This document shows positions 63,180 through 64,000 of a DNA stretch of 64,000 nt, piece after piece; position 1 is the stretch's first letter, and each line of letters begins with the position of its first letter. Below the pieces are notes generated by a model that saw nothing but the letters and a program-made list of their open reading frames with translations, searched no databases and was not told the DNA's origin. A program made the translations under genes and the position numbers. Origin of the DNA: Sphingobacterium yanglingense (GTDB taxonomy: Bacteria; Bacteroidota; Bacteroidia; Sphingobacteriales; Sphingobacteriaceae); the NCBI GenBank assembly GCA_040395455.1, contig JBEBQJ010000004.1, forward strand, positions 9,678 to 73,677. The letters are read 5' to 3'.

Positions 63180-64000
63180 TTATTTTGATGTCACTAAGGA
63201 CAATGTTTCTTTCGGTTCTAAATTAAGTCTCTTGGCTCGAGCTACCATAAATTGATACGCAGCTTCTCTTTCATTAGGGATTTCTCCTTCTAAAATAGCC
63301 TCTCTAATCGCATTTTTGATTATCCCGACCTGTTTTCCTGGCCCCAAACCAAAGACTCGCATAATATCCTCTCCTGTTACAGGCGGTTGCCAATTACGAA
63401 GATGATCACGTTCTTCAACATCTTTTAATTTCTGTTTTACCAGCTCAAAGTTGTCTCTGTACTTTTTTTTCTTAAACTCGTTCTTAGTGGTTACATCTGC
63501 ATGACACAACAGCATCAACGCATCTATATCGTCTCCTGCCTCAAACAACAGACGTCTTACTGCAGAGTCTGTCACTATGTCTTGAGCTAATACGATAGGT
63601 CTCAAATGCAGCTGTACTAATTTTTGAACAAACTTCATCTTTTCATTCAAAGGCAACTTTAGTTCTCCAAAAAGCTTGGGCACCATACGAGCACCTTTAT
63701 CTTCATGTCCGTGGAAAGTCCAACCTGCCTTCTTATCAAATCTTTTGGTGGCCGGCTTAGCGATATCGTGCATAATTGCCGCCCATCTCAACCAAAGGTC
63801 ATCTGAAAGCTCTGCCACATTGTCCAATACCTCCAACGTATGATAAAAATTGTCCTTATGCCCTCTTCCTTCAACAATCTCCACCCCGTGCAACTGTTGC
63901 ATCGCTGGAAAAATAAGCGCTAATAACCCTGTATCAAAAAGATAACGAAAACCAATAGAGGGTTTTTCCGACAGAATAATTTTATTAAGCTCATCCGTAA
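63180..64000 (-). CDS. CCA-adding enzyme / tRNA nucleotidyltransferase with an HD domain (N-terminal part outside the window)
   Basis: HD motifs are present ([29 protein letters not shown]). The reading frame stays open from 63902 to the window edge (…[21 protein letters not shown]). Confidence 0.8.
   Translation of the reverse strand, partial: TDELNKIILSEKPSIGFRYLFDTGLLALIFPAMQQLHGVEIVEGRGHKDNFYHTLEVLDNVAELSDDLWLRWAAIMHDIAKPATKRFDKKAGWTFHGHEDKGARMVPKLFGELKLPLNEKMKFVQKLVQLHLRPIVLAQDIVTDSAVRRLLFEAGDDIDALMLLCHADVTTKNEFKKKKYRDNFELVKQKLKDVEERDHLRNWQPPVTGEDIMRVFGLGPGKQVGIIKNAIREAILEGEIPNEREAAYQFMVARAKRLNLEPKETLSLVTSK

Noticed and set aside
1-64000. Search for CRISPR arrays, tRNA/rRNA genes, IS elements, integrases, prophage genes and toxin-antitoxin pairs.
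   Set aside because: I saw no regularly spaced 25-40-nt direct repeats, no cloverleaf-compatible or rRNA-like segments in the intergenic regions, and no ORF with transposase, integrase or phage hallmark motifs.

Overview
A gene-dense chromosomal window of about 55 CDS. I found no rRNA, tRNA, CRISPR array, transposase or integrase. The lineage looks like Bacteroidota, probably Sphingobacteriia-like. This is an inference from exact TAnnTTTG -7 promoter boxes in front of many operons, a bacterial GH3-family gene, a CxxxY-type CcmE, and Bacteroidota-style surface-protein domains.

Gene order:
- Two tandem PAS/LuxR regulators.
- gltB-gltD (glutamate synthase).
- A FUSC/YccS-like membrane protein.
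- A nuoH-I-J-K-L-M-N block that starts without nuoA-G.
- A visibly AT-richer glycan/LPS-type locus of about 9.5 kb (17.7-27.2 kb). It holds five clear GT2 genes, a divergent GT-A-like gene, a Caps_synth-like gene, a phosphoethanolamine transferase and two inverted paralogues of unknown function.
- A lipoprotein, a SixA-like phosphatase, a DUF255 thioredoxin-fold protein, slyD, an MnmD-like methyltransferase and an LpxR-like protein.
- A DAACS symporter.
- ccmE plus a CcmF/CcsA-like gene.
- A DUF2520 protein and a membrane-anchored FMN glutamate-synthase-like protein.
- MarR, a C-N hydrolase, a polyprenyl synthase, a GT4, a DUF59 protein, a KhtT/KhtU-like antiporter pair and an MBL hydrolase.
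- recJ, lptB and a GH3-family protein.
- An ECF sigma/anti-sigma pair divergent from a secreted PKD/beta-barrel protein and a lipoprotein TPR-CHAT protease.
- An OmpA-family protein, ilvE, miaA, an acidic-tailed PRiA4-like protein and a partial CCA-adding enzyme.

The most interesting candidate is the envelope-located ECF sigma / anti-sigma / PKD-barrel / TPR-CHAT cluster at 52.0-58.2 kb. Next to it, a 37-nt perfectly repeated structured 5' leader precedes both the OmpA-family gene and an unannotated 39-codon ORF. All functional calls come from motif recognition by eye. No database search was possible.
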